IMG/VR virus record: IMGVR_UViG_3300010376_000070
Location: 1 to 40,312 of that record
Reading direction: 5' to 3' (one strand)
Source of the DNA: a virus
Taxonomy: Duplodnaviria; Caudoviricetes
Length of the DNA: 40,312 nucleotides
In this document: in pieces, positions 19,314-28,189 of the stretch
Numbering within the stretch: the stretch's first letter is position 1
Layout of the letters: each line of letters begins with the position of its first letter
Made by a program: the position numbers and the translations under genes
The notes under the pieces: model-generated
The model's database searches: none
The model's input: the letters and a program-made list of their open reading frames with translations, nothing else
Told to the model about the DNA's origin: nothing

Positions 19314-19705
19314 TTCGGTCTAAGGCCTGGGTCGGAGTCCTCGGTCCAGTAGGGCGCTGTCTCGGCGCCGTACTTGGCGAGGGCCTGCTCGGTCTTGGCG
19401 AAGGTGCCGTGCTCGGGGGTCTTCGACGTGCCGTACTCGATGTGGACAGCTGCGGGGTCGTCAGACACTATCGCCATGGCGGGCATGTGGTATTTGCGGT
19501 CAGGGAGCTCTTTTGAGTGGATGGAGTCCCGGAAGGTGCCTGACAGCGGGTCGCTGGGGCCGCCCACGGGGGCTAGGGACTTGGCTAGGTTGACGCCGTA
19601 GTCGACGATGGGCTGCAGCTTCTCTTTGAGGTCCTGTTTCTGCTCGTCCTCGGAGAGCTTTTGGAACATCTCGTCGGCGATCTCCGCGGCGCTACTGGTG
19701 GCCAT
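19310..19705 (-). CDS. HK97 gp10-like neck/tail completion protein
   Basis: AKSLAPV..GTFRDSI..HIEYGTSKTPEH motif. Confidence 0.8.
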   Translation of the reverse strand: MATSSAAEIADEMFQKLSEDEQKQDLKEKLQPIVDYGVNLAKSLAPVGGPSDPLSGTFRDSIHSKELPDRKYHMPAMAIVSDDPAAVHIEYGTSKTPEHGTFAKTEQALAKYGAETAPYWTEDSDPGLRPK

Positions 19706-19918
19706 TTACGGGGCTTCGTGGCCTGGTGGCATTGGCAGCTCTGGTTCTGGTGCAGGTTGTTGCGCTGGTGCCTCATTGCTGGTGGCTGGCTGGACCGCTG
19801 CGCCGAGTTTGGCGGCGGTGGCGTCGTCTAACTCGACCACCGCTCCGGGGGTGCGGTGTCGGACCATACGCCCGTCTTTGGCGTAGGCGCACGGCGCGAG
19901 GATTGTGTAGCTGCCCAT
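19706..19918 (-). CDS. Small hypothetical virion-region protein
   Basis: 70 aa, RBS AGGAG, abuts the downstream gene. Confidence 0.65.
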   Translation of the reverse strand: MGSYTILAPCAYAKDGRMVRHRTPGAVVELDDATAAKLGAAVQPATSNEAPAQQPAPEPELPMPPGHEAP

Positions 19919-19926
19919 GATGTCTC

Positions 19927-20328
19927 CTAACTGCCAACGGTCTGTTTCTCGGATGTGAATGTCATTTTGACGATGGGGTTACCAAAGTCTGGGTGTGGTT
20001 CCGGTGCGCCGATGATCTGGAATGTTTCGCCCGCGTAGCGCAGCTGGTCTGACGCTTGGGCGCCTAGCACCGCTGCGCGCAGGGTGGGACCGTAGGTGCC
20101 TATGGGGACGGTGGTGCGCCACCAGCGGATCGCTACTGACACGCCTACCGCTGATGCTTCCTCTGCGCGCGCCATGCCAGCGCCGCGTTCGCCGGCCGCT
20201 GTGACGGGGCGGTGCAGGCATCCTGGCATGTCTACGGTTGTCTCAATCATGGGGTAGGTGCCTAGGTCATCAGCTACGGTGTTAGGCGCGCGTTTGACCA
20301 AGGTCACTGTCTGGCTTCCGTAGGTCAT
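19927..20328 (-). CDS. Head-to-tail stopper (head closure)
   Basis: Start ATG 20328 (MTYGSQTVTLV) overlaps the upstream stop; GCLHRP and D.LRY.G..FQIIG motifs. Confidence 0.75.
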   Translation of the reverse strand: MTYGSQTVTLVKRAPNTVADDLGTYPMIETTVDMPGCLHRPVTAAGERGAGMARAEEASAVGVSVAIRWWRTTVPIGTYGPTLRAAVLGAQASDQLRYAGETFQIIGAPEPHPDFGNPIVKMTFTSEKQTVGS

Positions 20329-20909
20329 GCGAAGCCCCGGTTTGGTAGCCAGTATTTTTCCAGTATTGGTGGGGCGCCTGGCAGGCCCTGTACGGTGCCC
20401 CACTTATAGACCACGTCGTCAACTTGCTTGCTGGCTAGGTCGCTGTCTGGGCGTCCGGTCACCATGATGCTTGTGAAGTCGTCAATCATGGTCAGCACCG
20501 CTTCGCGCCAGTCTGCTGCTTCGTCAGGGGGGAAGCCGTGGTCAAGGGTGATGACAATGCTTGACCAGTCATTAGACCAGCGGCCTGTTGTCAGTTTGAT
20601 AAGCCAGCCTACTTGTGCTGACTGCACTACGGTTGATAGGTCAACGGGGTTGCCTGCGTTGGTGATTGATGTGATGGTGACGATGTTTAGCGTAGGTAGT
20701 GACAGGACCCGTTTGCCTCCCCACCCGCTAGGCCCGTCAAGTGTCAAGGTGTCTGTTCGTACCGGGCAGACGTGCCATCCGGCTTCCCGCCTGACCGCCC
20801 CCAGCGCAGCGTCAAGTATGCGCTGCGTCTGGGGGTCGGTGGCCGCGAGCCGGCCGCTGGTGTAAGCCTCTACGTCAGCGGTTGTCAGCTCTTGTGTAGG
20901 TGGTGTCAC
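20325..20909 (-). CDS. Head-to-tail adaptor
   Basis: ILDAALGAVRREAGWHVCP..LDG..LPTL..ITLDHG pattern; gene position. Confidence 0.8.
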   Translation of the reverse strand: MTPPTQELTTADVEAYTSGRLAATDPQTQRILDAALGAVRREAGWHVCPVRTDTLTLDGPSGWGGKRVLSLPTLNIVTITSITNAGNPVDLSTVVQSAQVGWLIKLTTGRWSNDWSSIVITLDHGFPPDEAADWREAVLTMIDDFTSIMVTGRPDSDLASKQVDDVVYKWGTVQGLPGAPPILEKYWLPNRGFA

Positions 20910-21241
20910 AGCACGCGCACCCAGTGCAGCTTGGGGACGCTGGTGCCGTCGTCAACGCCGCCGCCCTTGGTAGCAGGCCACGTGGGCGGTGCCGCCCCGC
21001 TGGTGCCTGCGACGGTGGCCTGCATCAGCTGACCGCCGCCGCCGCGGGTGTAGGTGCCCACGGTGTAAGGGGTGGCTGGTGCCCATGCAGCGGGGTTGGC
21101 AACTGTCAGACCGCGCCCAAGGTAGTCCTTGTCGCCAGTGGTGACGTTGCGCCCCAGGTCGTCTGTTGCTGCGGTGGTGCCTGGGTTGCTGTTGCCAAGC
21201 CATCTGCCAAGATAGTCAGCTAGCTTGGTGGTTGTTGTCAC
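20906..21241 (-). CDS. Putative capsid decoration protein with a CBM5/12-like module
   Basis: Three D[YD]LGR repeats, then WAPATPYTVG..ATVAGTSG..PTWP..W; RBS AAGGAGG. Confidence 0.6.
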   Translation of the reverse strand: MTTTTKLADYLGRWLGNSNPGTTAATDDLGRNVTTGDKDYLGRGLTVANPAAWAPATPYTVGTYTRGGGGQLMQATVAGTSGAAPPTWPATKGGGVDDGTSVPKLHWVRVL

Positions 21242-21381
21242 GTTGGCGTCGCCTCCTTACCCGTACTTTTGGGCGCAGCAGCTTGGGCAGGGGCTTTAGG
21301 TTCCTGCGTTGGCTGCTGCTCACCCTCTTCGGCTTTCTCGTGGTGGATGCTGCCTACAGCAACACCGTCGATGAAATGCAT
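21238..21381 (-). CDS. Small hypothetical protein (47 aa)
   Basis: My translation MHFIDGVAVGSIHHEKAEEGEQQPTQEPKAPAQAAAPKSTGKEATPT; RBS AGGAG; GTGA coupling to the next gene. Confidence 0.6.
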   Translation of the reverse strand: MHFIDGVAVGSIHHEKAEEGEQQPTQEPKAPAQAAAPKSTGKEATPT

Positions 21382-21389
21382 TGCAGCTC

Positions 21390-22634
21390 CTAGGCCTTGG
21401 TGAGCGGCACGATGGCTGACGCGTTGATGGTGAGCGGGGTGAAGTAACCCGCGTACGCCACCTGGAGCCCCAGCACTGACGGCTCCACAACCTGCAACGT
21501 GCCTACCCGCTGCTCGTAGACCTCGATAGCAGCGGTTGACAGCAGATACGCCTTGGCAGCGCCAGTAGGCAGGCCAGCTGACATGATCACCGGGATGCCG
21601 CTAATGTTGCCCATCTGGCCTTGACCGAAGTTTGCTGCGTTGAACCCTTGACCGAACTGGTTGAACGGACCGTAGGGGGCAAACATCTGACCAAACACAC
21701 CCAAAGCGTCACTGGGACAAGCGATAAACAGCTGCCCCTGGCCCTTGACCGCTGCGTACACAGCAGCCGCAGCTGACCACACCGCGTTAGCCACGGTGGC
21801 CTGGGTTGGGGTGGCACCGTAACCTATTGCGGTGGTTGCGGTGGCAGCAATAGCGGCGGTGGTAGCAGCCTCCGTGTCGATGGCGTACTGGGCAGCTAGA
21901 TCGTTGATGATCAGGTCAAGCACGCCAGGCTGGCTAAAGTCGATGCTTTGCCGTGACACGTTGACATACCCACCGTAAGTGACTGCGTTGGCGGTCAGGC
22001 GGGTAATGGTCATCTTCTGGCTGGTCAGTTCCGCTTTCTCGTCAGCAGCTGCGCCAGCAGACCCCTGTACTGCCACAGCGGTGTGCTGCGTGACCAGGGG
22101 GCGGTGCCAGTAACCAGACGGTGGCATGGCCCGTGCCCCAAGGAAATTGACCACCGGGCGGGCTGTGTCAATGAAGTTGATGACAGGCCCGAGGATGGGG
22201 TCTGGCACCAGGCCAGGCTCATCTGTGGTCTTTTGGTGCTGGGCCGCCCGGTAGTAGGTTTCCAGGCGGTCCACCGCGTCGCGCTTGCCTAGGGCTGCGT
22301 TGTACATGTCAAGCCCGAACTCGCCAGCTGACCTGTACTCGACAGGCCCTGACAAGGCACGCCCCTTCATCTGGTCGATGACGTTGCCCACTTCGCGGGT
22401 ACGGTTGGCAACCTCATATGAGACGCGGCTGATGTCTTCGATGGAATCGAGCTGTGTCTTAATCTCTTCCATCCGTCCGCGGGTGTCACCTAGCAGGTTG
22501 CGGTCCTCGTCAGTCAGGTCACGGCCGGCCGCTTGGGCGCGGCTTACGATCTCGTTGGCGAAGGCCTGCTTCTCGCGTAGTTCGGTTTCAAGGCGGCGAA
22601 TCATCTCATCATTTGCCGCTGCGTTAGTGCCCAT
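21390..22634 (-). CDS. Major capsid protein, HK97 fold with an N-terminal coiled-coil delta domain
   Basis: 414 aa; TYGGYVNVSRQSID and VVEPSVLGLQVAYAGY motifs; RBS AAAGGAG. Confidence 0.92.
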   Translation of the reverse strand: MGTNAAANDEMIRRLETELREKQAFANEIVSRAQAAGRDLTDEDRNLLGDTRGRMEEIKTQLDSIEDISRVSYEVANRTREVGNVIDQMKGRALSGPVEYRSAGEFGLDMYNAALGKRDAVDRLETYYRAAQHQKTTDEPGLVPDPILGPVINFIDTARPVVNFLGARAMPPSGYWHRPLVTQHTAVAVQGSAGAAADEKAELTSQKMTITRLTANAVTYGGYVNVSRQSIDFSQPGVLDLIINDLAAQYAIDTEAATTAAIAATATTAIGYGATPTQATVANAVWSAAAAVYAAVKGQGQLFIACPSDALGVFGQMFAPYGPFNQFGQGFNAANFGQGQMGNISGIPVIMSAGLPTGAAKAYLLSTAAIEVYEQRVGTLQVVEPSVLGLQVAYAGYFTPLTINASAIVPLTKA

Positions 22635-22678
22635 GCTTGGGCTCCTTTACAGGTGTGTAGGGTCCGGTGTTGACAGCT

Positions 22679-22742
22679 GGTCTACTGCGGTTCGACCTGA
22701 CCTACTGCTATTCGGTCTGGGGCTTACTGCTGTTCGGCCCCA
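22679..22742 (-). promoter_or_regulatory. Triple-hairpin RNA element in the capsid 5' leader
   Basis: Three tandem stems, each with an 11-nt loop GAA(C/T)(A/C)GCAGTA. Confidence 0.6.
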
Positions 22743-22747
22743 ACGCC

Positions 22748-23803
22748 TTACATGCGGTTCAGGCGCTGTGCCGCCCACAGGAACACCGGGTCCTGCAGGG
22801 CGTAGTCTAGGGCTGGCGTGGCGCCAGTGGGTGGGGCGTCGATGACGGGGTTGTGGCGCACTGACAGCACGTTGGCCCCTTCATAGGCGGGTGACGCCAC
22901 AAACGCCAGGTGGTCAAGGTACGCGTCATTGACACGCCGTGTCCGGGTAAACCTGTCAAGATGCTGACCTGACGCGCGGGTGGCGAAACCTACTGATGCG
23001 CCTAGGCAGTCAGCGTCAGCCAGCTCTAACGTCTCATCCCCCAGTGGTGTCTTAGCCATCCTTACCTCAGCCACCAGCCCCTCGTTGCGTTCGGGGTAGA
23101 ACGCCATGACTTTGCCTACGGTCCGGGCCTTGTCGTGGTCGCGGTTGGCGCGTATCCGTTGGGGGCTGCTGGTGATAGACGCAAATGCGCCGCGGCTAAA
23201 CACTTCCCGCCACACTTCGCCGGCCCGTCCAAAGCCTTGACCGCCTGGTACTAGCGCGGTCTGTTCGTAGGGGACCGCAATGGTGGTGATGATGCGTTCC
23301 TTAAAGTTGACGCCAGCTATCTCCGACTCGCGTGTCTCGATGGGGCCTAGTGGTGTCAACGCTGCTGCACGGTCACTGCTGCTGTTGCTGTTGTCTGATA
23401 TTTCGATGCCAAACCGTTTGGCAGCAGCCTTAATACGCCCTTTGACTTTAGCCAGATTCTCGGGGCTGTACTTGCCTGCGTTGCCTGCCTGGTTGATGTA
23501 GCCCCACGCGGCCTTCGCATGCTCCTTCGTGTCGATGGGGTAGCGTTTGACCCCGTCCTGTTGATATCCGGGGTCCGCGTAGGTGACGTCGCCGTAGGGC
23601 TTGCTGCTGTCGCCGTTGTCAGCGCGTGTGTCCACGTCAGATGCGCCTTCGTCTTCACCGCTGGCTGACAGCTTGACCGCAGCAGCCTGCGCCTGTACCG
23701 CGTTGGCGTGGCATGACTCGACCTCGTTGCTGTCTTTGTCTATCACCCCGTAAGGGCTCATCGCGGGGCAGCGGTCATCACGCGCAACCTTGAACGTTGT
23801 CAT
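22748..23803 (-). CDS. HK97-family prohead protease with N-terminal extra domains (DUF6582-like)
   Basis: Catalytic motifs NRDHD and GASVGF, plus AFVASPAY; N-terminal PYGDVTYADPGYQ..KRYPID..AW.YIN. Confidence 0.88.
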   Translation of the reverse strand: MTTFKVARDDRCPAMSPYGVIDKDSNEVESCHANAVQAQAAAVKLSASGEDEGASDVDTRADNGDSSKPYGDVTYADPGYQQDGVKRYPIDTKEHAKAAWGYINQAGNAGKYSPENLAKVKGRIKAAAKRFGIEISDNSNSSSDRAAALTPLGPIETRESEIAGVNFKERIITTIAVPYEQTALVPGGQGFGRAGEVWREVFSRGAFASITSSPQRIRANRDHDKARTVGKVMAFYPERNEGLVAEVRMAKTPLGDETLELADADCLGASVGFATRASGQHLDRFTRTRRVNDAYLDHLAFVASPAYEGANVLSVRHNPVIDAPPTGATPALDYALQDPVFLWAAQRLNRM

Positions 23804-25179
23804 TTCTCGGGCCCTTCCTGGGAGGGTGCAGACGCCAGCTGCGGCGTCACGTCTGGTTGTGGCTGCGCGGCCGGCGGGCTACCGTCGCCCACTACCTCGG
23901 CCCCCGTCAACGCTGACGCAGCGTTGGGGCTGCCGTCAAAGCGTTCCATGGCGCGTATCTCGCCGCTGTCAAGGGCGCCTAAAGCCACCCAAATCTGTTC
24001 TGCCTGCGCCCGTTCCAGCATGCCCGGGCGGCTGTACTCTTCCCTGTTAGCCTCAATGCTTTGCCCCCGTGGCAACAGCCAGCCTGACAGCGCGGTGTAC
24101 ACCGCGTTGCACTTGGGGCGCAGGCTTGACCTGTCATGAAAGTCAAACAGCGTTGACGCGTTGCTGTACGTGATGCTCTCGCCCTGCGCCATAGGCAGGC
24201 CAAGCAGGAACGGTGGCACGCCACACAAGATCGCCACCCGTGATTCGGTGAACTGGGCCAGCTCAAGCAGCGCCAAGTCTTTAGCGCTCATGGCGGTGGC
24301 CTGCTTAATCTCGACCCCGCCTGACGTGACGCCAGGCCCGCCAGCATGCCTAGCGCGTGACGCCACCCACTGATCAATCAGCGCGTTGCCCTCATCCTGG
24401 TTTAGCTTGCGCCCAGGTACATCAAGCCAGTGGTACGGTGTCCCGCCTGTTTCGGCCAGCGTGTTGGCGTAGCGCTGCAGCAAACCAGCGGTAATCATCC
24501 GCCCACCAGCTGCCTCCAAAGGCCCCGTTCCACGCGGGTACGCGGTGTTGCTGACGTAGCGGATATGCAGGATGTCGTCAGTCACATCAACGCCGCCCAT
24601 GTCAAGGCTGCCAAGCCGATACGTCCGATACCCGTGCAGCAGCTCGACACTGACCAGCCAAGGCGGTATGACACGGAACCGTATCGGGTAGGTGTCAGCG
24701 CCGTGCGCCATAGCGAGCACAAACGCCTCGCCAGACAGCATGTAGTCCCAGAACAGCTGCTTACCAAACTCTGCCCAGCTGGTGTAGATGTCAGGGTCTG
24801 GGTTGGTCATGTAGGGCAGCGAGGGCAGCACCTTGCCGTTACGCAACCTATAGACCGGGAAAGAGCTGAGAATGCTGGCATTAAGGTCAATAGCAGCCCA
24901 AGCGGTATCAATCAACCTAGATATGCCGCTGACAGCACCGCCTATACCGCCAGCACCGCCCATAGACCAGTTGGGGGTTGACCAGTCACCAGGCCAACCA
25001 GCCCACGGTGTTGGCTGCAGCCAGGGCAGCGGGGCGCTGCGCACCTCATCGCCCACCACCTCAAACCCGTCAGCGTCACCAGTGGCAGCAGCGTCACCAA
25101 CCGGACCTGCGTTAGCGTTTGGTGTCTCACCGCTGTAGTTTGGCGCATCACCGCCAAACAGGTTTGTCCAGAACCCCAT
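23800..25179 (-). CDS. Portal protein, HK97 family
   Basis: 459 aa; GEAF, DILHIRY, GVPPFLLG, ITYSN and EIRAME motifs. Confidence 0.92.
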   Translation of the reverse strand: MGFWTNLFGGDAPNYSGETPNANAGPVGDAAATGDADGFEVVGDEVRSAPLPWLQPTPWAGWPGDWSTPNWSMGGAGGIGGAVSGISRLIDTAWAAIDLNASILSSFPVYRLRNGKVLPSLPYMTNPDPDIYTSWAEFGKQLFWDYMLSGEAFVLAMAHGADTYPIRFRVIPPWLVSVELLHGYRTYRLGSLDMGGVDVTDDILHIRYVSNTAYPRGTGPLEAAGGRMITAGLLQRYANTLAETGGTPYHWLDVPGRKLNQDEGNALIDQWVASRARHAGGPGVTSGGVEIKQATAMSAKDLALLELAQFTESRVAILCGVPPFLLGLPMAQGESITYSNASTLFDFHDRSSLRPKCNAVYTALSGWLLPRGQSIEANREEYSRPGMLERAQAEQIWVALGALDSGEIRAMERFDGSPNAASALTGAEVVGDGSPPAAQPQPDVTPQLASAPSQEGPEK

Positions 25180-25289
25180 ACCTATCCTTTACACTTGACT
25201 CCCCAGGTGCAGCAGGGGCGTACGTATTACCTGCTATCCCCTATGCTGCCCGCAGCCCCGCTGGCGGTGGTTTCCCTGTGCCAGCGGCT

Positions 25290-25649
25290 TTACCCTGTGA
25301 CCGGATCAGGCTTGCGCGCTATGGAGCCTGGCACCTGGGGAGAGTCTAGGTTGACCACTACTGCGTGATACCGCCTATACAACCCGGTCATAGCCCTACT
25401 GGGGTACGCATGTATCACATACACATCAACACCGCTGCTGATACGCAGCGCAGCCTTAACCGCAGCGAACCAGGCAGCTGATGTCACCTGACGCACATAC
25501 TGCGGGAACACATGCTGACCAGTCTTGCTAGGTGTCAACGCGCACGCCAACACATCGAAATCGACAGTGACATCACCAGCCACCGCACGCGCAGCAACCC
25601 ACGTTGACTTACCAGACCCAGGCTGCCCGGTGACCACATACAGCGCCAC
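25290..25649 (-). CDS. Small P-loop ATPase/kinase (AAA_33-like)
   Basis: VVTGQPGSGKST Walker A and VDFD; probable GTG start at 25649. Confidence 0.75.
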   Translation of the reverse strand: MALYVVTGQPGSGKSTWVAARAVAGDVTVDFDVLACALTPSKTGQHVFPQYVRQVTSAAWFAAVKAALRISSGVDVYVIHAYPSRAMTGLYRRYHAVVVNLDSPQVPGSIARKPDPVTG

Positions 25650-25653
25650 CGCG

Positions 25654-27054
25654 TCACCATATGGCAGGCATAGGGGCCTCTTGCACACTCCAGCGGTGAT
25701 ACGCGCCAGCGGCAGCTACTACCGCGCTGATGTCCACCGTCAAGTCACGTTCCCACGTCTCAGCGTCACCAACACGGCGGGTCTGCGCCTGCGCCACCGC
25801 CACGTCAAGCTCGCGCTGCCCCAGGTGCGCCACGCTGCCAGCGGTCACACCGGCCTGGAAGGCGGTGCATGACGCTGCTATGTCTTGGCTAGTCAGGTTG
25901 CGGAACTCTACCCCCTCGCGCACCAAGTCACCAGCCAAGCCTCTCGCCTCCCCGCACGTCAACCCCACCTCGGCAATGTCACGCGTGCCAACCAGCTCCG
26001 CCACCTTACCCGCCACCCAGTCAACCCCAGTAGCGTAAAACACCATCACCAGGGTCCTACCGCCCTCGCAATCACCAGCCACCGCAATACACGCGCCAGC
26101 ACGGTAGGGGGCCACGTCAACCACCAAGGCCACCCTAGCGGGCATATCAGCACCGCTGTCCTCGAGCGTCACCCACCGCCCCACATCGAACACGCGTGAC
26201 GTGTACCTACCAGGCCACATACCAAGGCGTTCCCGCGCAAACCCTTCGTTAGACGCTGCCGCACGCTCCGTCAACACCGTGTCATGACTAATCAACGTGC
26301 CAAGCGCGGGATTAGCCTCAGCCCACGCGCAGGGGTCATCAAGGTCAGCATCAGGCGCAGCGCTGTACTCCAACCAAGCCAGCTGGTGATCTTTACCCTC
26401 CATGCCACGCTTACGGAACCTGCCAAACACCACCCCCTCATCAAGGCTTAACGGTGGCGTACCAACCAGCCATATCTGATGAGCCGGCCGCGCAGACACG
26501 GTGTAAAGGATTGCCTCCCACTGCAAATCATCAAGGATCTGCCCCTCATCAAGCAGCAGACAGTCAGCGCTGAAACCGCGGATAGCTGACTTGCTGCGCG
26601 TCACAAACCGCACCTCCTGCCCGCTGCGCAACCGGATATACTCGCGCGCAACAGCATTACCAATACCAACCACCTTGCGCCGCAAGTCATCGAAGTTCTC
26701 GAAATACGCCTTAAGCCGCCTAAAACCAAGCTGCGCGGTACGCACCTCATGCGCGCTGTGAATAATCATCTGCTCATCAAACAGCAGCAGGCCAGCCAAC
26801 GCCCGCGCCTCCAACACTGACCCTTTGCCGTTCTGACGGGGGCATGACAGGCCTATGTGCTTGGCAGCCCACAACCCGCCAGACCGTTCGCCCATGGTGG
26901 CCTCAAACACGTTCTCCTGCCAAGGCAGGAGGTTAAGGCCATAGCTGGCAGCTAGGTCTGTGACATCTTCCCAGGCGTTAGCCTGCACCTTTGGCGCGTG
27001 CCTTACGCGGGGCACGGGCACGCCGTCTGGCAGCACGACGCTTGGCGATTTCAT
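25654..27054 (-). CDS. terL: Terminase large subunit
   Basis: LLPWQ, Walker A PRQNGKGS, Walker B LLLDEGQ, GTPP, EANPALG, F.RERLG; the start is uncertain (27054 or 27036). Confidence 0.93.
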   Translation of the reverse strand: MKSPSVVLPDGVPVPRVRHAPKVQANAWEDVTDLAASYGLNLLPWQENVFEATMGERSGGLWAAKHIGLSCPRQNGKGSVLEARALAGLLLFDEQMIIHSAHEVRTAQLGFRRLKAYFENFDDLRRKVVGIGNAVAREYIRLRSGQEVRFVTRSKSAIRGFSADCLLLDEGQILDDLQWEAILYTVSARPAHQIWLVGTPPLSLDEGVVFGRFRKRGMEGKDHQLAWLEYSAAPDADLDDPCAWAEANPALGTLISHDTVLTERAAASNEGFARERLGMWPGRYTSRVFDVGRWVTLEDSGADMPARVALVVDVAPYRAGACIAVAGDCEGGRTLVMVFYATGVDWVAGKVAELVGTRDIAEVGLTCGEARGLAGDLVREGVEFRNLTSQDIAASCTAFQAGVTAGSVAHLGQRELDVAVAQAQTRRVGDAETWERDLTVDISAVVAAAGAYHRWSVQEAPMPAIW

Positions 27055-27262
27055 CAGCTGGTGACACCTGTTCGCTAGTTGGCATGGCATCTATCTGGCT
27101 TAATACGTCAGTTAGCCGCAGCGTTAATGCCGCAATATCCCTGTCTTCGCTGCAGTTGTCTACAGCAAACGCCAGTTTGTCCCGAATAGCGTGCAGCGTG
27201 GCCAGCCGGTTATTTGTTATAGCTGCGGTATAGATTGGATTATCGGGCCCATTGCCACCCAT
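26978..27262 (-). CDS. terS: Terminase small subunit
   Basis: IRDKLA.AVD..RDIAAL..RL..VL..ID..DEIAKRRAARR, typical of actinophage TerS; overlaps terL. Confidence 0.8.
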   Translation of the reverse strand: MGGNGPDNPIYTAAITNNRLATLHAIRDKLAFAVDNCSEDRDIAALTLRLTDVLSQIDAMPTSEQVSPADEIAKRRAARRRARAPRKARAKGAG

Positions 27263-27620
27263 TCTTCATCCATTCTTTTTCTGGCCCAATTGTGTGCAAA
27301 TTGGGATTGAGCGTCACGCTTGTTCTTATAACCCTCAAAAAAACAGGTGACCGTCCGTTTGCTGACGCCCATTGCCATCGCGTGGACCAGCTCGTTCACC
27401 ATTGTTGGTTCTTGCTATCGCTGTTCGACACTATAGTCTCTTGTGTCGTGATCAGCGCCACATTTTGCAATTGTTTGGTTGTTGCGCGCCATTGTTTGTG
27501 GGTGTGGTATGCGGTGCCAGCGCATTACCGCGCCGCTGATATTGCCATTGTCTGGTGGTGACGCGCCATTGTTGTTGGACAATTGGGTATTAAAGAATTC
27601 TAATGCAGGTGGTAATTGGG
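27263..27620. other. Probable cos/packaging region
   Basis: AT-richer stretch between the HNH gene and terS, with repeated CCATTG/CAATTG motifs, an A7 run near 27337, and a flip in strand skew. Confidence 0.55.
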
Positions 27621-27972
27621 TGGGTGTAGCAATGGGCTTTAATGCTTGGCTGGTGGTAGGTCTGCGCCTACCCGGGATGGTACGCAGGCTGCGCGCGTGC
27701 GGGTGTTTGTCTTTACGCCTGCTGTTGCAGTTATGGCAAGCACCGCGCAGGTTGCTTCGCTCATACGCCAGGTGTGGTCTGATGGCTGCGGGGATGATGT
27801 GGTCAGCGGTGTCACTGGCGCCCGTGCAGCCCGGTAGACGTAGCCAGCATGTAGGTTCCTCGCGTCTGACGCGGGCTGATAGGTCACGCCAGCGCTTTGT
27901 CTGGCGGAACCAGCGCAGCCATGCGTGGCTGCCTAGTGGTGGTGGTATGCGGGTGCGGTAGCCGGTGGTCAT
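27415..27972 (-). CDS. HNH endonuclease (terminase-associated)
   Basis: CWLRLPGC..ADHIIP..NLRGACHNCNSRR; immediately upstream of terS. Confidence 0.88.
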   Translation of the reverse strand: MTTGYRTRIPPPLGSHAWLRWFRQTKRWRDLSARVRREEPTCWLRLPGCTGASDTADHIIPAAIRPHLAYERSNLRGACHNCNSRRKDKHPHARSLRTIPGRRRPTTSQALKPIATPTQLPPALEFFNTQLSNNNGASPPDNGNISGAVMRWHRIPHPQTMARNNQTIAKCGADHDTRDYSVEQR

Positions 27973-27976
27973 GTTG

Positions 27977-28189
27977 TCAGCTGCTCGGGTTGGGTATGTA
28001 GGTGGGTTGGTCTGGTTGGTCTGATGGTGGCGGGTACGTTGGCGGTACGTCAGTACGCTGCTGCTGTTGCTGCTGTTGGTAGCTGTTGGCGCCTGCGTAG
28101 ATGATGCTGACTGCTATGCCTAGCGCGGTGGTGGCTAGTGCTGCTGCTGCTGCTGCCACCACTATCCACGTGTCGCGTGCTGCGGTCAT
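27977..28189 (-). CDS. Small membrane protein (one TM helix, poly-Q, Pro-rich tail)
   Basis: Probable start ATG 28189 (MTAARDTWIVV), ATGA-coupled. Confidence 0.6.
   Translation of the reverse strand: MTAARDTWIVVAAAAAALATTALGIAVSIIYAGANSYQQQQQQQRTDVPPTYPPPSDQPDQPTYIPNPSS

Noticed and set aside
22679-22742. Triple repeat as a mini-CRISPR or tRNA
   Set aside because: Units are only ~20 nt with no spacers, and there is no cloverleaf, T-loop or CCA end.
27217-27402. 61-aa minus-strand ORF across the putative cos region
   Set aside because: It has no motif, overlaps terS and spans the likely genome end; probably spurious.
28057-28155. Poly-Gln and poly-Ala trinucleotide runs as phase-variable repeats
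   Set aside because: They are short, imperfect, in-frame triplets within a small membrane protein; length changes would not shift the frame.
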